NCBI GenBank assembly: GCA_003250355.1
Contig: QKGS01000052.1
Span: 1,908 to 65,907 of the forward strand
From: Bacteroidota bacterium
GTDB taxonomy: Bacteria; Bacteroidota; Bacteroidia; Bacteroidales; SZUA-534
Length of the DNA: 64,000 bases
Direction of reading: 5' to 3'
Made by a program: the position numbers and the translations under genes. Below, piece by piece: positions 28,840-38,732 of this stretch. Every line of letters begins with the position of its first letter. The first letter of the stretch is position 1. The notes beneath the pieces were generated by a model. That model did no database searches. It had not been told where the DNA came from and was given only the letters and a program-made list of their open reading frames with translations.

Positions 28840-30170
28840 TTATAGCAGGAACAAACAGCGGTTGCGGTAAAACAACAATTACCATTGGGCTGATGAATTT
28901 ACTCAAATTGGCCGGTTATAGTGTTGCCCCATTTAAAGCCGGACCCGATTATATTGACCCACTGTTTCATAAATATGTTTTAAATAAAAATTCGTATAAC
29001 CTCGATTCTTTTCTAATGTCGGGCAATACAATTAACTACCTATATAACAAGCAGGTACACAACAATGACCTTGCAATAATTGAAGGGGTAATGGGGTATT
29101 ACGACGGTTTGGGAACCGAAATGAAAGGGAGTACTTATGAGTTGGCTTCACTATTGAATATTCCGGTAATACTTACAATTAATTGCAAAGGGTTATACCA
29201 GTCGGTATCGGCTATTGTAAAGGGATATTGTGAACTAATGCCCCATGCCGATATTAAAGGGGTTATTTTAAATAATGTTTCAAATTATGACCAATTCAGT
29301 TTTTTAAAATCGGAAATAGAAAAAAGATGCAATGTAGTATGTATCGGGTATTTACCCAATAACAGCAACTATGCACTAGAAAGCCGTCACTTAGGGCTTG
29401 TGCAAGCCGAAGAAGATACGAATTTGAAACTAAAAATAGAATTACTAACTAATACACTAAAGCAAACTATTGATATTGATAGCCTTATGAATGTAGCCGG
29501 AGGTTCTGTTTTACCTGAGCATAATTTCACTATGCCGGCTATTGATTTAAGTAATCTCAGAATAGGTGTAGCTTACGATAAGGCGTTTCGATTTTATTAT
29601 CATCACAATATTGAACTGCTTACTGAACTAGGTGCAAAGCTACACTACTTCAGCCCTTTGCGTGATAGCAAAATACCCGCAGAGTGCAATTGTTTATATA
29701 TTGGCGGAGGGTATCCCGAGGTATTTGCTCAAGAATTATCGGACAATAAACCAATGCTAATGTCAATTAACAATGCTGCTCAAAACAATATGCCTATATA
29801 TGCCGAATGTGGCGGATTAATGTATTTAACCGAAAGTATAATTGATATTGAAGGAAATGAAAATAATATGTGTGGAGTTTTTAATTCAAAAACACAAATG
29901 ACCAATTCGCTTCAACATTTTGGATATTGCAATATTGAATATAATGGCGAGAGTACTTTTGCTCATGAGTTTCATAAATCGAAAATTGATAATCGCAGCC
30001 AAGCAAACTATACACTGGAATATACACTATCAAAACAAAATAAAAATAGAAATTGGCAGTGTGGCTTAAAACACAAAAACACATTAGGAGCTTATGCGCA
30101 CATTCATTTTTATTCAAATTTCAAATTCTTTGAACAAATAACAAAACTATGGAAGCAAGCAATTATATAA
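28827..30170 (+). CDS. cbiA: Cobyrinate a,c-diamide synthase
   Basis: 447 aa. N-terminal AGTNSGCGKTT P-loop and a C-terminal glutamine amidotransferase region with ECGGLMYL. Confidence 0.85.
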   Translation: MQGLIIAGTNSGCGKTTITIGLMNLLKLAGYSVAPFKAGPDYIDPLFHKYVLNKNSYNLDSFLMSGNTINYLYNKQVHNNDLAIIEGVMGYYDGLGTEMKGSTYELASLLNIPVILTINCKGLYQSVSAIVKGYCELMPHADIKGVILNNVSNYDQFSFLKSEIEKRCNVVCIGYLPNNSNYALESRHLGLVQAEEDTNLKLKIELLTNTLKQTIDIDSLMNVAGGSVLPEHNFTMPAIDLSNLRIGVAYDKAFRFYYHHNIELLTELGAKLHYFSPLRDSKIPAECNCLYIGGGYPEVFAQELSDNKPMLMSINNAAQNNMPIYAECGGLMYLTESIIDIEGNENNMCGVFNSKTQMTNSLQHFGYCNIEYNGESTFAHEFHKSKIDNRSQANYTLEYTLSKQNKNRNWQCGLKHKNTLGAYAHIHFYSNFKFFEQITKLWKQAII

Positions 30171-30790
30171 ATCTCAATCCTATGGGAATAGAAAACGACA
30201 GTATGGCTATTATATCGGCCGAACTATCGCATTTAAATATTCCTGCCCAATACGATGCTATTATTAAGCGTATAATACATACAACTGCCGATTTTGAATA
30301 TGCTCACCTTTTCGAATCTTCAGATAATGCTTTAAATAAAGGGATTAATGCACTGAAAAACGGGTGTAAAATATATGCCGATACTACCATGATAACTTCG
30401 GGAGTAAGCAAACCTTCGTTGAGTAAACTCAATTGTGAGGCAAACTGTTTTGTACATAACCCTAAAGTAATGGAAGTTGCTAAAATTAAAGGAATTACCC
30501 GCTCAATATGTGGTGTTGATATGGCAGCCGAAAGCTCCGATTATAAAATATTTGTAATTGGAAATGCTCCTACAGCATTGGTGCGAATTTGTGAACTTTA
30601 CAAGCATGGGCTTATTAAACCCGATTTGGTTATTGGTGTCCCGGTAGGGTTTGTTGGTGCAGCCGAATCGAAAGTAATGTTGAAAGAGTCGGGTATGCCA
30701 TATATGATTATACGAGGCCGAAAAGGTGGCAGCACTGTTGGTGTAGCTATTCTTAATGCTATACTATACAATATTGTTAAACGCGACTAA
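30149..30790 (+). CDS. cbiC: Cobalt-precorrin-8 methylmutase
   Basis: 213 aa. IIKRIIHTTADFEYA and GNAPTAL motifs. Confidence 0.85.
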   Translation: MEASNYINLNPMGIENDSMAIISAELSHLNIPAQYDAIIKRIIHTTADFEYAHLFESSDNALNKGINALKNGCKIYADTTMITSGVSKPSLSKLNCEANCFVHNPKVMEVAKIKGITRSICGVDMAAESSDYKIFVIGNAPTALVRICELYKHGLIKPDLVIGVPVGFVGAAESKVMLKESGMPYMIIRGRKGGSTVGVAILNAILYNIVKRD

Positions 30791-30804
30791 TAAAATTAAT
30801 ACAA

Positions 30805-31911
30805 ATGCACAATAATAACCTGCTTACCGAATTAAAATCGGGATTCACTACCGGTACTTGCGCAAGCGCAGCTGCTAAGGCAGCTGCATATATGCTTATC
30901 AATAAGGTTATTATTAATCATGTTTCTGTTGTTCTTCCGGCAAGGCAGAACGTGGTTTTTGAACTTGTAAATGCTTCACTTTCAACTACAGAGGCTTTTT
31001 GCGGAATAATAAAAGATGCAGGCGACGACCCCGATATTACTCACGGTGCCGAAATATGCGCTAAGGCTGTTTTTACTAACGAACCGGGCGTTACTATTAA
31101 AGCCGGCAAAGGTATTGGAATGGTTACCAAACCGGGGCTGGCTGTTGCTATGGGACAGCCTGCCATTAATCCTACTCCCCGTACTATGATTATTGAAAAT
31201 GTATCGGAAATATTGCCACCAAACACCGGTATCGAAATTACTATTACCATTCCCAACGGCGAAGAGCTGGCTAAAAAAACATTTAACCCGCGGCTTGGAA
31301 TAGTTGGCGGATTATCTATTTTGGGTACTACAGGTATTGTTAAGCCTATGTCGGAAGAGGCTTTGAAAGATTCGCTGGTTATTAAACTTAACCAACTAGC
31401 GCATTTGGGGTGTTCATATGCTGTATTCTCACCCGGCAATTATGCTACTGCATTTGCTAAAGCTAATTTCAATTACAATGAGCAAAATACCGTATTAACC
31501 AGCAACTATATTGGCTTTATGCTTGAACAGGCTGTGAAACACAGGTTCAAAACAATTGTACTTGTTGGTCATATTGGTAAACTGGCAAAACTGGCCGGCG
31601 GAATATTCAATACCCATAGCCGTACTGCCGATGCCCGAAACGAAATATTGGCAGCTCACTATTTCAACCTTACCGGCGACAACGTGGGGTTCAATTTTAT
31701 AATGAAAGCCAATACCACCGAAGAGATAGCCGATAATATTAAAAATAAAGCTTTTTGGAATCATATTGCCGGGCTTATTAAATCAAAAGCTGAAAGCTAT
31801 GTGTACAACGATTTAACGATTGAAGTAATTGTTTTTTCACAAAACATCGGTATGCTTGCTTGTACCACCAATGCTTTATCACTTTTAAATTGTATATATG
31901 AATCAAAGTAA
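30805..31911 (+). CDS. cbiD: Cobalt-precorrin-5B (C1)-methyltransferase
   Basis: 368 aa. GFTTGTCASAAAKAA near the N-terminus and GGLSILGTTGIVKPMS. Confidence 0.85.
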   Translation: MHNNNLLTELKSGFTTGTCASAAAKAAAYMLINKVIINHVSVVLPARQNVVFELVNASLSTTEAFCGIIKDAGDDPDITHGAEICAKAVFTNEPGVTIKAGKGIGMVTKPGLAVAMGQPAINPTPRTMIIENVSEILPPNTGIEITITIPNGEELAKKTFNPRLGIVGGLSILGTTGIVKPMSEEALKDSLVIKLNQLAHLGCSYAVFSPGNYATAFAKANFNYNEQNTVLTSNYIGFMLEQAVKHRFKTIVLVGHIGKLAKLAGGIFNTHSRTADARNEILAAHYFNLTGDNVGFNFIMKANTTEEIADNIKNKAFWNHIAGLIKSKAESYVYNDLTIEVIVFSQNIGMLACTTNALSLLNCIYESK

Positions 31912-32545
31912 AATAAATATATGCGGAATAGGTCCGGGCAATCCTCAATATGTTTTACCTATAATTCATACAGTAGTTGCCGAATCTGATATTATTATTG
32001 GCGGCAAGCGTCATATCAGTTTGTTTACCGATTACAACAAACAAAGCTTCGAATTTACAGGCAACACTTCGATACTTAAAGATATAATTACCCGAAACAA
32101 CAGATTAAATATTAGTATTCTGGTTTCGGGCGACACCGGATTTTATTCACTTCGCAGCTTTATTGCAAATAATTTTCCAACGGTTAATATTACTGTTTAC
32201 CCGGGAATATCGTCGTATCAGTATTTTTATGCTAAGTTAAATATGGGATACGAACACGCTTTGCTAACTTCATTACACGGTCGCTCCGGAAATTTTATAA
32301 CCCATATTTACAAATATTCATCGGTTTTTATACTTACCGATAAAGTAAACACTCCGGCAAAAATTGCCAAAACCCTTACCGATAATAATTATCACAATAC
32401 AATAATGCACATTGGACTGAATCTCTCTTATTCCGATGAGCAAATTATTTCGGATGTGCCATCAACATTTTTAGCCTCAGAGTTCAATTTAAATTTATGC
32501 TCGGTAATAATTGAAAACAGAGAGTTCAACAAAATAAGAATTTGA
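31898..32545 (+). CDS. cbiE: Cobalt-precorrin-7 (C5)-methyltransferase
   Basis: 215 aa. The tetrapyrrole methylase N-terminus ICGIGPGNPQYV. Sits immediately upstream of cbiT. Confidence 0.75.
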   Translation: MNQSKINICGIGPGNPQYVLPIIHTVVAESDIIIGGKRHISLFTDYNKQSFEFTGNTSILKDIITRNNRLNISILVSGDTGFYSLRSFIANNFPTVNITVYPGISSYQYFYAKLNMGYEHALLTSLHGRSGNFITHIYKYSSVFILTDKVNTPAKIAKTLTDNNYHNTIMHIGLNLSYSDEQIISDVPSTFLASEFNLNLCSVIIENREFNKIRI

Positions 32546-32561
32546 TTAAGTATTTATAACA

Positions 32562-33119
32562 ATGAAAGATAGTGAATTTATACGCGGCTCGGTTCCTATG
32601 ACAAAGGGAGAAATTAGAACAATAGTTTTAAGTAAACTTGAGCTTAATAGTACCGATAGTTTTATGGATATTGGTGCAGGAACAGGTTCAGTTTCAATAG
32701 AAGCAGCAAAACTTGTAACCTCAGGCATTGTAATAGCCATAGAGCATAACTCCGATGCTATTGAGCTTATAAACAAAAACATAGAAAAGCATTCGGTATC
32801 AAATATTAATGTTATACAGGCTACTGCTCCCAATGGTATGGAAAGTGTAAGTTCGGTAAACAAATTTTTTATTGGCGGTTCGGGTGGTAATATTAACGAT
32901 ATACTCAAACTTATCGATACAAAAGCACCCAACAATGCAATTGTAGTTGTAACAGCCATTGTTATTGATACTATGTACCAAACATACCGTTTTATGAAAG
33001 AGCATAATTACAATTTTGAATTAATTCAGGTTGCTGTAAGTTCGGTAAATACCCAAACCGAAGTACCAATGCTTACAGCTCGTAACCCAATATTTATAAT
33101 TACAGGTAAAAAACAATAA
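32562..33119 (+). CDS. cbiT: Cobalt-precorrin-6B (C15)-methyltransferase, decarboxylating
   Basis: 185 aa. PMTKGEIRTIVLSKL and the SAM motif DIGAGTGSVSIEAA. Confidence 0.8.
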   Translation: MKDSEFIRGSVPMTKGEIRTIVLSKLELNSTDSFMDIGAGTGSVSIEAAKLVTSGIVIAIEHNSDAIELINKNIEKHSVSNINVIQATAPNGMESVSSVNKFFIGGSGGNINDILKLIDTKAPNNAIVVVTAIVIDTMYQTYRFMKEHNYNFELIQVAVSSVNTQTEVPMLTARNPIFIITGKKQ

Positions 33120-33125
33120 TACAAT

Positions 33126-33818
33126 ATGGAAGATATAAAAAAAGGGAAACTGTCAGGTATCGGAATTGGCCCCGGCGACCCCGAGCTCATTACACTCAAA
33201 GCTGTTAAAGCTATTCAGAATGCCGATGTAATATACGTACCTAAATCGCCCGAACAATCAAGTACAGCTTTGGCAATTGTAAAATCGTATATCCCTGAAA
33301 ATGCTGTTATTGAACACCTTGAGTTCTCAATGGCTAAAGATATTAATACACGCATTACTTCACGTAAAAACAATTCCGAATATATAGCCCAAAAACTCGA
33401 TGCCGGTAAAAACTCAGTATTCTTAACCCTTGGCGATCCAATGCTTTACAGCACTTACAGCTATGTTTTAGAATACCTCGATAAATCGTACACCACCGAA
33501 ACCATTCCGGGCATATACTCTTTTGCTGCTATAAGCAGTATTTTATCGGAGCCGCTTTGCAAGGGGAGTGAAAACCTTGTTGTTCTTTCATCATTTACCA
33601 ATACCGACATTCAACTAATAAATTCAATGAATACCGTTGTACTTATGAAAGTTTCATCGTTTAGCAATGAACTTTACAATTTCCTTTCTGAGTCGGGTGA
33701 ATTTAGCTTTACAATGATATCGAATGCAGGCAAAGAAAATCAGACAATTCATAACCACATTGATATACTAAAATCGCCCATTCCTTATTTTTCAACCGCA
33801 ATTTTAAAAAAACTATAA
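33126..33818 (+). CDS. cbiL: Cobalt-precorrin-2 (C20)-methyltransferase
   Basis: 230 aa. GIGIGPGDPELITLKAV...ADVIYVP. Confidence 0.8.
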   Translation: MEDIKKGKLSGIGIGPGDPELITLKAVKAIQNADVIYVPKSPEQSSTALAIVKSYIPENAVIEHLEFSMAKDINTRITSRKNNSEYIAQKLDAGKNSVFLTLGDPMLYSTYSYVLEYLDKSYTTETIPGIYSFAAISSILSEPLCKGSENLVVLSSFTNTDIQLINSMNTVVLMKVSSFSNELYNFLSESGEFSFTMISNAGKENQTIHNHIDILKSPIPYFSTAILKKL

Positions 33819-33819
33819 T

Positions 33820-34578
33820 ATGATATATGTACAATTTATTGGTGCCGGCCCGGGCGACCCTGAACTTATTACCGTAAAAGGGCAAAAGGCAATTGACAAT
33901 GCCGATGTAATTATTTATGCAGGTTCGCTTGTTCCCCATGCTGTTATTGCTACCCGTAAGGCCGATACTGAGGTTTACAACAGCGCTTCAATGGATTTGA
34001 CCGAAATAATTGATGTAATAACTAATGCTGTTGCAAATAAGAAAACGGTAGCACGTGTTCATACCGGCGACCCGTCGATATATGGGTCTATCCGCGAACA
34101 AATTGAAGAACTCGACAAACTTAATATTCAGTATGAAGTTATTCCGGGCGTTAGCTCATTTGTAGCTTCGGCTGCTGCTTTAAAAAGTGAGTTTACCGTA
34201 CCCGGTATTTCTCAAACAGTTATTTGTACTCGCATGGAAGGGCGAACTCCCGTTCCCGAACTCGAAAGTATTGAATTGCTGGCCTCGCACAAAACATCAA
34301 TGTGTATTTTCCTTACTGTTCACATGATTGACAAATTGGTTGATAAACTACTCACTCACTATTCGCCCGACACTCCTGTTGCCGTAGTACAAAGAGCAAG
34401 CTGGCCCGACCAAAAAATTGTAAAAGGAACTTTAACCAATATTGCACAGTTAGTAACCAACAACAATATAAACAAAACAGCTATGATTTTAGTTGGCAAT
34501 TTCCTTGGCAGCTATTATGAAAACTCACTGCTGTATGCAAGTAATTTTACTCACGAATACCGTAACGCAAAAGAGTAA
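33820..34578 (+). CDS. cbiF: Cobalt-precorrin-4 (C11)-methyltransferase
   Basis: 252 aa. FIGAGPGDPELITVKG...ADVIIYAGSLV. Confidence 0.85.
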   Translation: MIYVQFIGAGPGDPELITVKGQKAIDNADVIIYAGSLVPHAVIATRKADTEVYNSASMDLTEIIDVITNAVANKKTVARVHTGDPSIYGSIREQIEELDKLNIQYEVIPGVSSFVASAAALKSEFTVPGISQTVICTRMEGRTPVPELESIELLASHKTSMCIFLTVHMIDKLVDKLLTHYSPDTPVAVVQRASWPDQKIVKGTLTNIAQLVTNNNINKTAMILVGNFLGSYYENSLLYASNFTHEYRNAKE

Positions 34579-35612
34579 TGATTGCCTTTATTTCCATAAG
34601 TAAACAAGGTAAAGAGCTTGCTGATACTATTGCTCCACATTTCAATAATTCGGTGTTATATACTTCCGAAAAATGGATTGAAAGCGGCACTTTACCTATT
34701 GAAGGAAAGCTGAAAGAGTTTTGTCAAACACTATTTCAAAAATACGACAAGCTTGTATTTATAATGGCTTGCGGAATAGTGGTTCGTAGTATAGCACCAT
34801 GGCTTGGCAACAAAACATCAGATCCGGCAGTAGTGGTTATCGACGACTGCGGCATGAACGTTATTAGCCTGCTATCGGGGCATATTGGGGGTGCCAATAA
34901 CCTTTGCAACACTATTGCCCTAATTATTGGTGCTAACCCTGTTATTACCACTTCGTCAGATATTAATAACCTTCCTGCTGTTGATATGATGGCTGTTGCT
35001 AATGGTTTGGTTATCGACTCCATGGCCGATGCCAAAAATATTACTGCCAAAATTATTAGTCGCGAAAAAATATCGCTCTCCGATAAATATGGTTTACTTA
35101 GCAAATACAACCATTATTTCACAAACGAAGGCTTTACAGCCAAAATACTGGTTTCCAATAACCTTACGGTAAATGAGAATTTGCCGTTTGCAAAGCTTAT
35201 TCCCAAAAATATAATTCTTGGTATAGGTTGTAAAAAAGATACTCCACCAAGTGCTTTAGCGGGGTTTATTAGTGAAACCTTGAAAATGCTCAATATTGAT
35301 GCTCGCAGCATTTCGGCCATAGCTTCAATTTCAATAAAAGAAAATGAACCTGCTATAATTAATGCTGCCAATGAATATAAATGCCCACTCTTGTTTTATC
35401 CGGTTGCCGAGTTACAAACAGTTGAACATTTGTTTGTTGGTTCACATTTCGTACAATCAACAGTAGGAGTATCATCTGTAAGCGAAACAGCAGCATTCCT
35501 TGCAGGTAATAAAAGCGGAACATTCTTATTGCAAAAGCAAATATTGAACGGAATAACAATTTCTGTTTTTGAAAAAACAATAAACTCAAATAATAAAATT
35601 ACAAACAGTTAA
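34578..35612 (+). CDS. cbiG: Cobalt-precorrin-5A hydrolase
   Basis: 344 aa. The three-part CbiG layout with LGIGCKKDT in the C-terminal domain. Confidence 0.8.
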   Translation: MIAFISISKQGKELADTIAPHFNNSVLYTSEKWIESGTLPIEGKLKEFCQTLFQKYDKLVFIMACGIVVRSIAPWLGNKTSDPAVVVIDDCGMNVISLLSGHIGGANNLCNTIALIIGANPVITTSSDINNLPAVDMMAVANGLVIDSMADAKNITAKIISREKISLSDKYGLLSKYNHYFTNEGFTAKILVSNNLTVNENLPFAKLIPKNIILGIGCKKDTPPSALAGFISETLKMLNIDARSISAIASISIKENEPAIINAANEYKCPLLFYPVAELQTVEHLFVGSHFVQSTVGVSSVSETAAFLAGNKSGTFLLQKQILNGITISVFEKTINSNNKITNS

Positions 35613-35622
35613 AAAATATAAT

Positions 35623-36357
35623 ATGTCAGGAAAAATATTTGTAGTAGGTACAGGCCCCGGTTACAAAGAATATATATGCCCCAAAGCTATTGAAGCAATG
35701 GAAATAAGCGATGTAATAGTTGGTTACAAAACATATATTGAAATTGTAAAACCCTTTGTTCAAAATAATAACTTCATATCATCGGGTATGATGAAAGAGG
35801 TAGAACGCTGCCGTGAAGTACTTCAGCTTGCCGAAAGTGGCAAAACTGTTAGTATTATAAGTAGCGGCGACCCCGGAATATACGGTATGGCAGGTATTAT
35901 GCTCGAAGTAGTATCGGCACATAATTCAACTGTACCGGTTGAAATAATACCTGGTATAAGTGCCGCTTCATCGGCAGCATCGTTGCTTGGAGCCCCACTA
36001 ATGAACGACTTTGTGGTACTTAGCCTTAGCGACTTGCTTACCCCTTGGGAATTAATTGAAAAACGATTACACGCTGCCGGTTCCGGCGATTTTGCCGTTT
36101 GTATTTACAACCCACGAAGCAAAACCAGAATTACTCAGCTCGACAATGCTATTGAAATATTCCTGAAATATAAACAACCTAACACTCCGGTTGGTATTGT
36201 TAAACATGCTATGCGCCAACAACAAGAGGTTACTCTAACAACTCTAGCTCAACTCAATAATCACGATATTGATATGTTTACAACCCTTATTGTTGGTAAT
36301 TCAAAAACTGAAATTATTAACGGTAAAATGGTAACTGTAAGAGGATACACCGTATGA
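35623..36357 (+). CDS. cbiH: Cobalt-precorrin-3B (C17)-methyltransferase
   Basis: 244 aa. VVGTGPGYKEYI...DVIVGYKTYI and SSGDPGIYGMAG. Confidence 0.85.
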   Translation: MSGKIFVVGTGPGYKEYICPKAIEAMEISDVIVGYKTYIEIVKPFVQNNNFISSGMMKEVERCREVLQLAESGKTVSIISSGDPGIYGMAGIMLEVVSAHNSTVPVEIIPGISAASSAASLLGAPLMNDFVVLSLSDLLTPWELIEKRLHAAGSGDFAVCIYNPRSKTRITQLDNAIEIFLKYKQPNTPVGIVKHAMRQQQEVTLTTLAQLNNHDIDMFTTLIVGNSKTEIINGKMVTVRGYTV

Positions 36358-37085
36358 TTTGGGTTATAGGGGGTACAAGCGATGCTAACAGAATTGTTCA
36401 ACTGCTGACTAACAATAAATACAGCGTAACTATATCGGCTACAACAAATTATGGTACATTGCTGGCAAAAAATGTAACAACCCATGTTATACAAAATAAG
36501 CTGTCGGTACAGGCTATGATAAATCTGATTAACACTTCCAATATTCAATGTGTAATTGATGCCAGCCATCCGTTTGCTGCCGAGGTATCGCTCAATGCTA
36601 TCAATGCCTGTAAATTAACTAATGTTAAATACATCCGTTTTGAACGTGAGCAACAGTATATTAAAGGGTGTAAATACTACCAATCGTATACCGATATTTC
36701 TGAACAACTCACTCGTGAACAAGGGAATATTTTACTTACCACAGGGTCGAAAAACATCCATTTATTTTCACAAATAGAGAGAGAACGCCTTGTAGTAAAA
36801 GTACTCCCTGTAATTGAAAGCATTGAAAAATGCAATTATGCCTCAATTGTGCCTCACAATATTATTGCCATGAAAGGTATTATTACCGAGCATACAAGCA
36901 AAGCTATTTATAAAGAATATAATATAAAACACTTAGTAACAAAAGATTCCGGCCTTGCCGGCGGTCTTTCGGAGAAAGTAAGTGCAGCTTTAAGTATGGA
37001 TATAAATGTTCATATACTATGCCGCCCTGCCATTGATTATCCTTGCATGGTCAACTCCGATGCCGACATACTTAAACTATTATAA
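36354..37085 (+). CDS. cbiJ: Cobalt-precorrin-6A reductase
   Basis: 243 aa. N-terminal IWVIGGTSDA and DASHPFA motifs. Confidence 0.8.
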   Translation: MIWVIGGTSDANRIVQLLTNNKYSVTISATTNYGTLLAKNVTTHVIQNKLSVQAMINLINTSNIQCVIDASHPFAAEVSLNAINACKLTNVKYIRFEREQQYIKGCKYYQSYTDISEQLTREQGNILLTTGSKNIHLFSQIERERLVVKVLPVIESIEKCNYASIVPHNIIAMKGIITEHTSKAIYKEYNIKHLVTKDSGLAGGLSEKVSAALSMDINVHILCRPAIDYPCMVNSDADILKLL

Positions 37086-37096
37086 AACATTAAAAC

Positions 37097-38269
37097 ATGA
37101 ACTTTTTACCAATCTCTATTAATCTCGAAAATAAAAAAATACTTATTGTAGGCGGCGGCAATGTTGCTTATCAGAAAGTGAAAAACATATATCCGTTTTG
37201 CAAAAACATTACAGTTCTTGCACCTCAAATAAGCGATAAACTGAAAACTGATTTTACAGTCAATTCTATAACCGAACCATATAATAACAAGCATTTAAGC
37301 GGCTTTTTTATTGTATATGCCTGTACCAACAATTCGTTAGTTAATGAACAAGTGTTTCTCCAATGCGAAGAGTTAAATATACTATGTAACCGTAGCGACA
37401 ACGCCTCTGTATCGCACTTTCATTCGCAGGCTATTATTGAATCTGACGACCTTATAGTTTCAATTAATTCAAAACACACCGAAGTAGAAAAAACAAAACA
37501 GTTAAAACACGAACTGGCTACATATTTACATGAACGCGACCAACGAATACATGAACAAGGTACACAAAAAGGTAAAGTTTATTTAGTTGGTTTTGGCCCT
37601 GGCAATCCCGACTTACTTACCCGTAAAGGTGAAAAGTTGCTGTACCAGGCCGATGTAATTTTTTACGACGACCTGCTCGATGGCAACTTCCTAGAACGCT
37701 TTACTGCCGAAAAAATATATGTTGGCAAACGGCGTGGTAATCACAGCAAGGTTCAGAACCAAATAAACGATGTTTTATATCAAGCTGCTGCTCAAGGCAA
37801 AATGGTAGTAAGGCTTAAAGGTGGCGACCCTCTTATCTTTGGGCGTGGAAGCGAAGAACGCTATTACCTTGAAAAACTTGGTATTCAGGTTGAAATAATA
37901 CCCGGCATCAGTTCGGCTATTGCTGCGGCTGCTTATGCCGATATTCCGCTTACCCATCGCGGAATAGCATCGTCGGTTGCTTTAGGAACAGCCCATGCTA
38001 AAAACAGCTTCAAAATACTCGAATCTGACACCTCGGTTTACTATATGGGTGCCGATAATATAATTCAAATAGCCGCTCAATATCTTGAAAAAGGGTATAA
38101 CCCCGATTATCCGGTTGCAATAGTACGAAACGTAAGCCTTAGCAATCAGGAAATTATAAAAACAAACATAACCGAAATAGCCAATGGCAACATTAAAGTA
38201 GAAAGCCCAATTATATCCATTTTTGGTAATACGGTGAATTATAAGCAAATAGTTAATGATAATCAATAA
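37097..38269 (+). CDS. cysG: Fusion of a short precorrin-2 dehydrogenase (CysG-N/SirC-like Rossmann) domain with uroporphyrinogen-III C-methyltransferase
   Basis: 390 aa. N-terminal ILIVGGGNVAYQKV. C-terminal half has VYLVGFGPGNPDLLT...ADVIFYDDL...LKGGDPLIFGRG. Confidence 0.8.
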   Translation: MNFLPISINLENKKILIVGGGNVAYQKVKNIYPFCKNITVLAPQISDKLKTDFTVNSITEPYNNKHLSGFFIVYACTNNSLVNEQVFLQCEELNILCNRSDNASVSHFHSQAIIESDDLIVSINSKHTEVEKTKQLKHELATYLHERDQRIHEQGTQKGKVYLVGFGPGNPDLLTRKGEKLLYQADVIFYDDLLDGNFLERFTAEKIYVGKRRGNHSKVQNQINDVLYQAAAQGKMVVRLKGGDPLIFGRGSEERYYLEKLGIQVEIIPGISSAIAAAAYADIPLTHRGIASSVALGTAHAKNSFKILESDTSVYYMGADNIIQIAAQYLEKGYNPDYPVAIVRNVSLSNQEIIKTNITEIANGNIKVESPIISIFGNTVNYKQIVNDNQ

Positions 38270-38401
38270 CAGCTACATATTTGTAATTATTCTCTAAAAT
38301 CTGACTGCCATACACACCTGTATTTCAGCGTTTTATTTGCCATATATTACATTCGGTATAATTTATGTTACACTACTTTAAACTATATAAAAAGCACATA
38401 T

Positions 38402-38620
38402 ATGAAAGCCGAAAAGAGATATATTGAAGAGCTGTACTATTTAAAAAATGGTTGGATTGACGATAAGGAATACTATATATTTCGCAACTCCGAAGGTGAG
38501 TTTCGTGCCGTAGAAGCAAAACTAATAGAAATTCCACAATTAGAACCAAACAGCAAAATAAAAGCTCTTGTTAAACACACCGGTTGCTCGGGGCGGGTAA
38601 TTGACCAAGTATATGTTTAA
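38402..38620 (+). CDS. Hypothetical small protein (72 aa)
   Basis: Only the ORF and its position in an otherwise empty 460-bp gap. No recognisable motif. Confidence 0.3.
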   Translation: MKAEKRYIEELYYLKNGWIDDKEYYIFRNSEGEFRAVEAKLIEIPQLEPNSKIKALVKHTGCSGRVIDQVYV

Positions 38621-38732
38621 CTTATAAATTTTGTTTATAACTGTATAAAAACTAATTCACCTGTTTTGAATAACTCATTCTTATTTTGTTTTTATCTTTG
38701 CTGAAAAATAATAATACAGTTACTCAATAATT

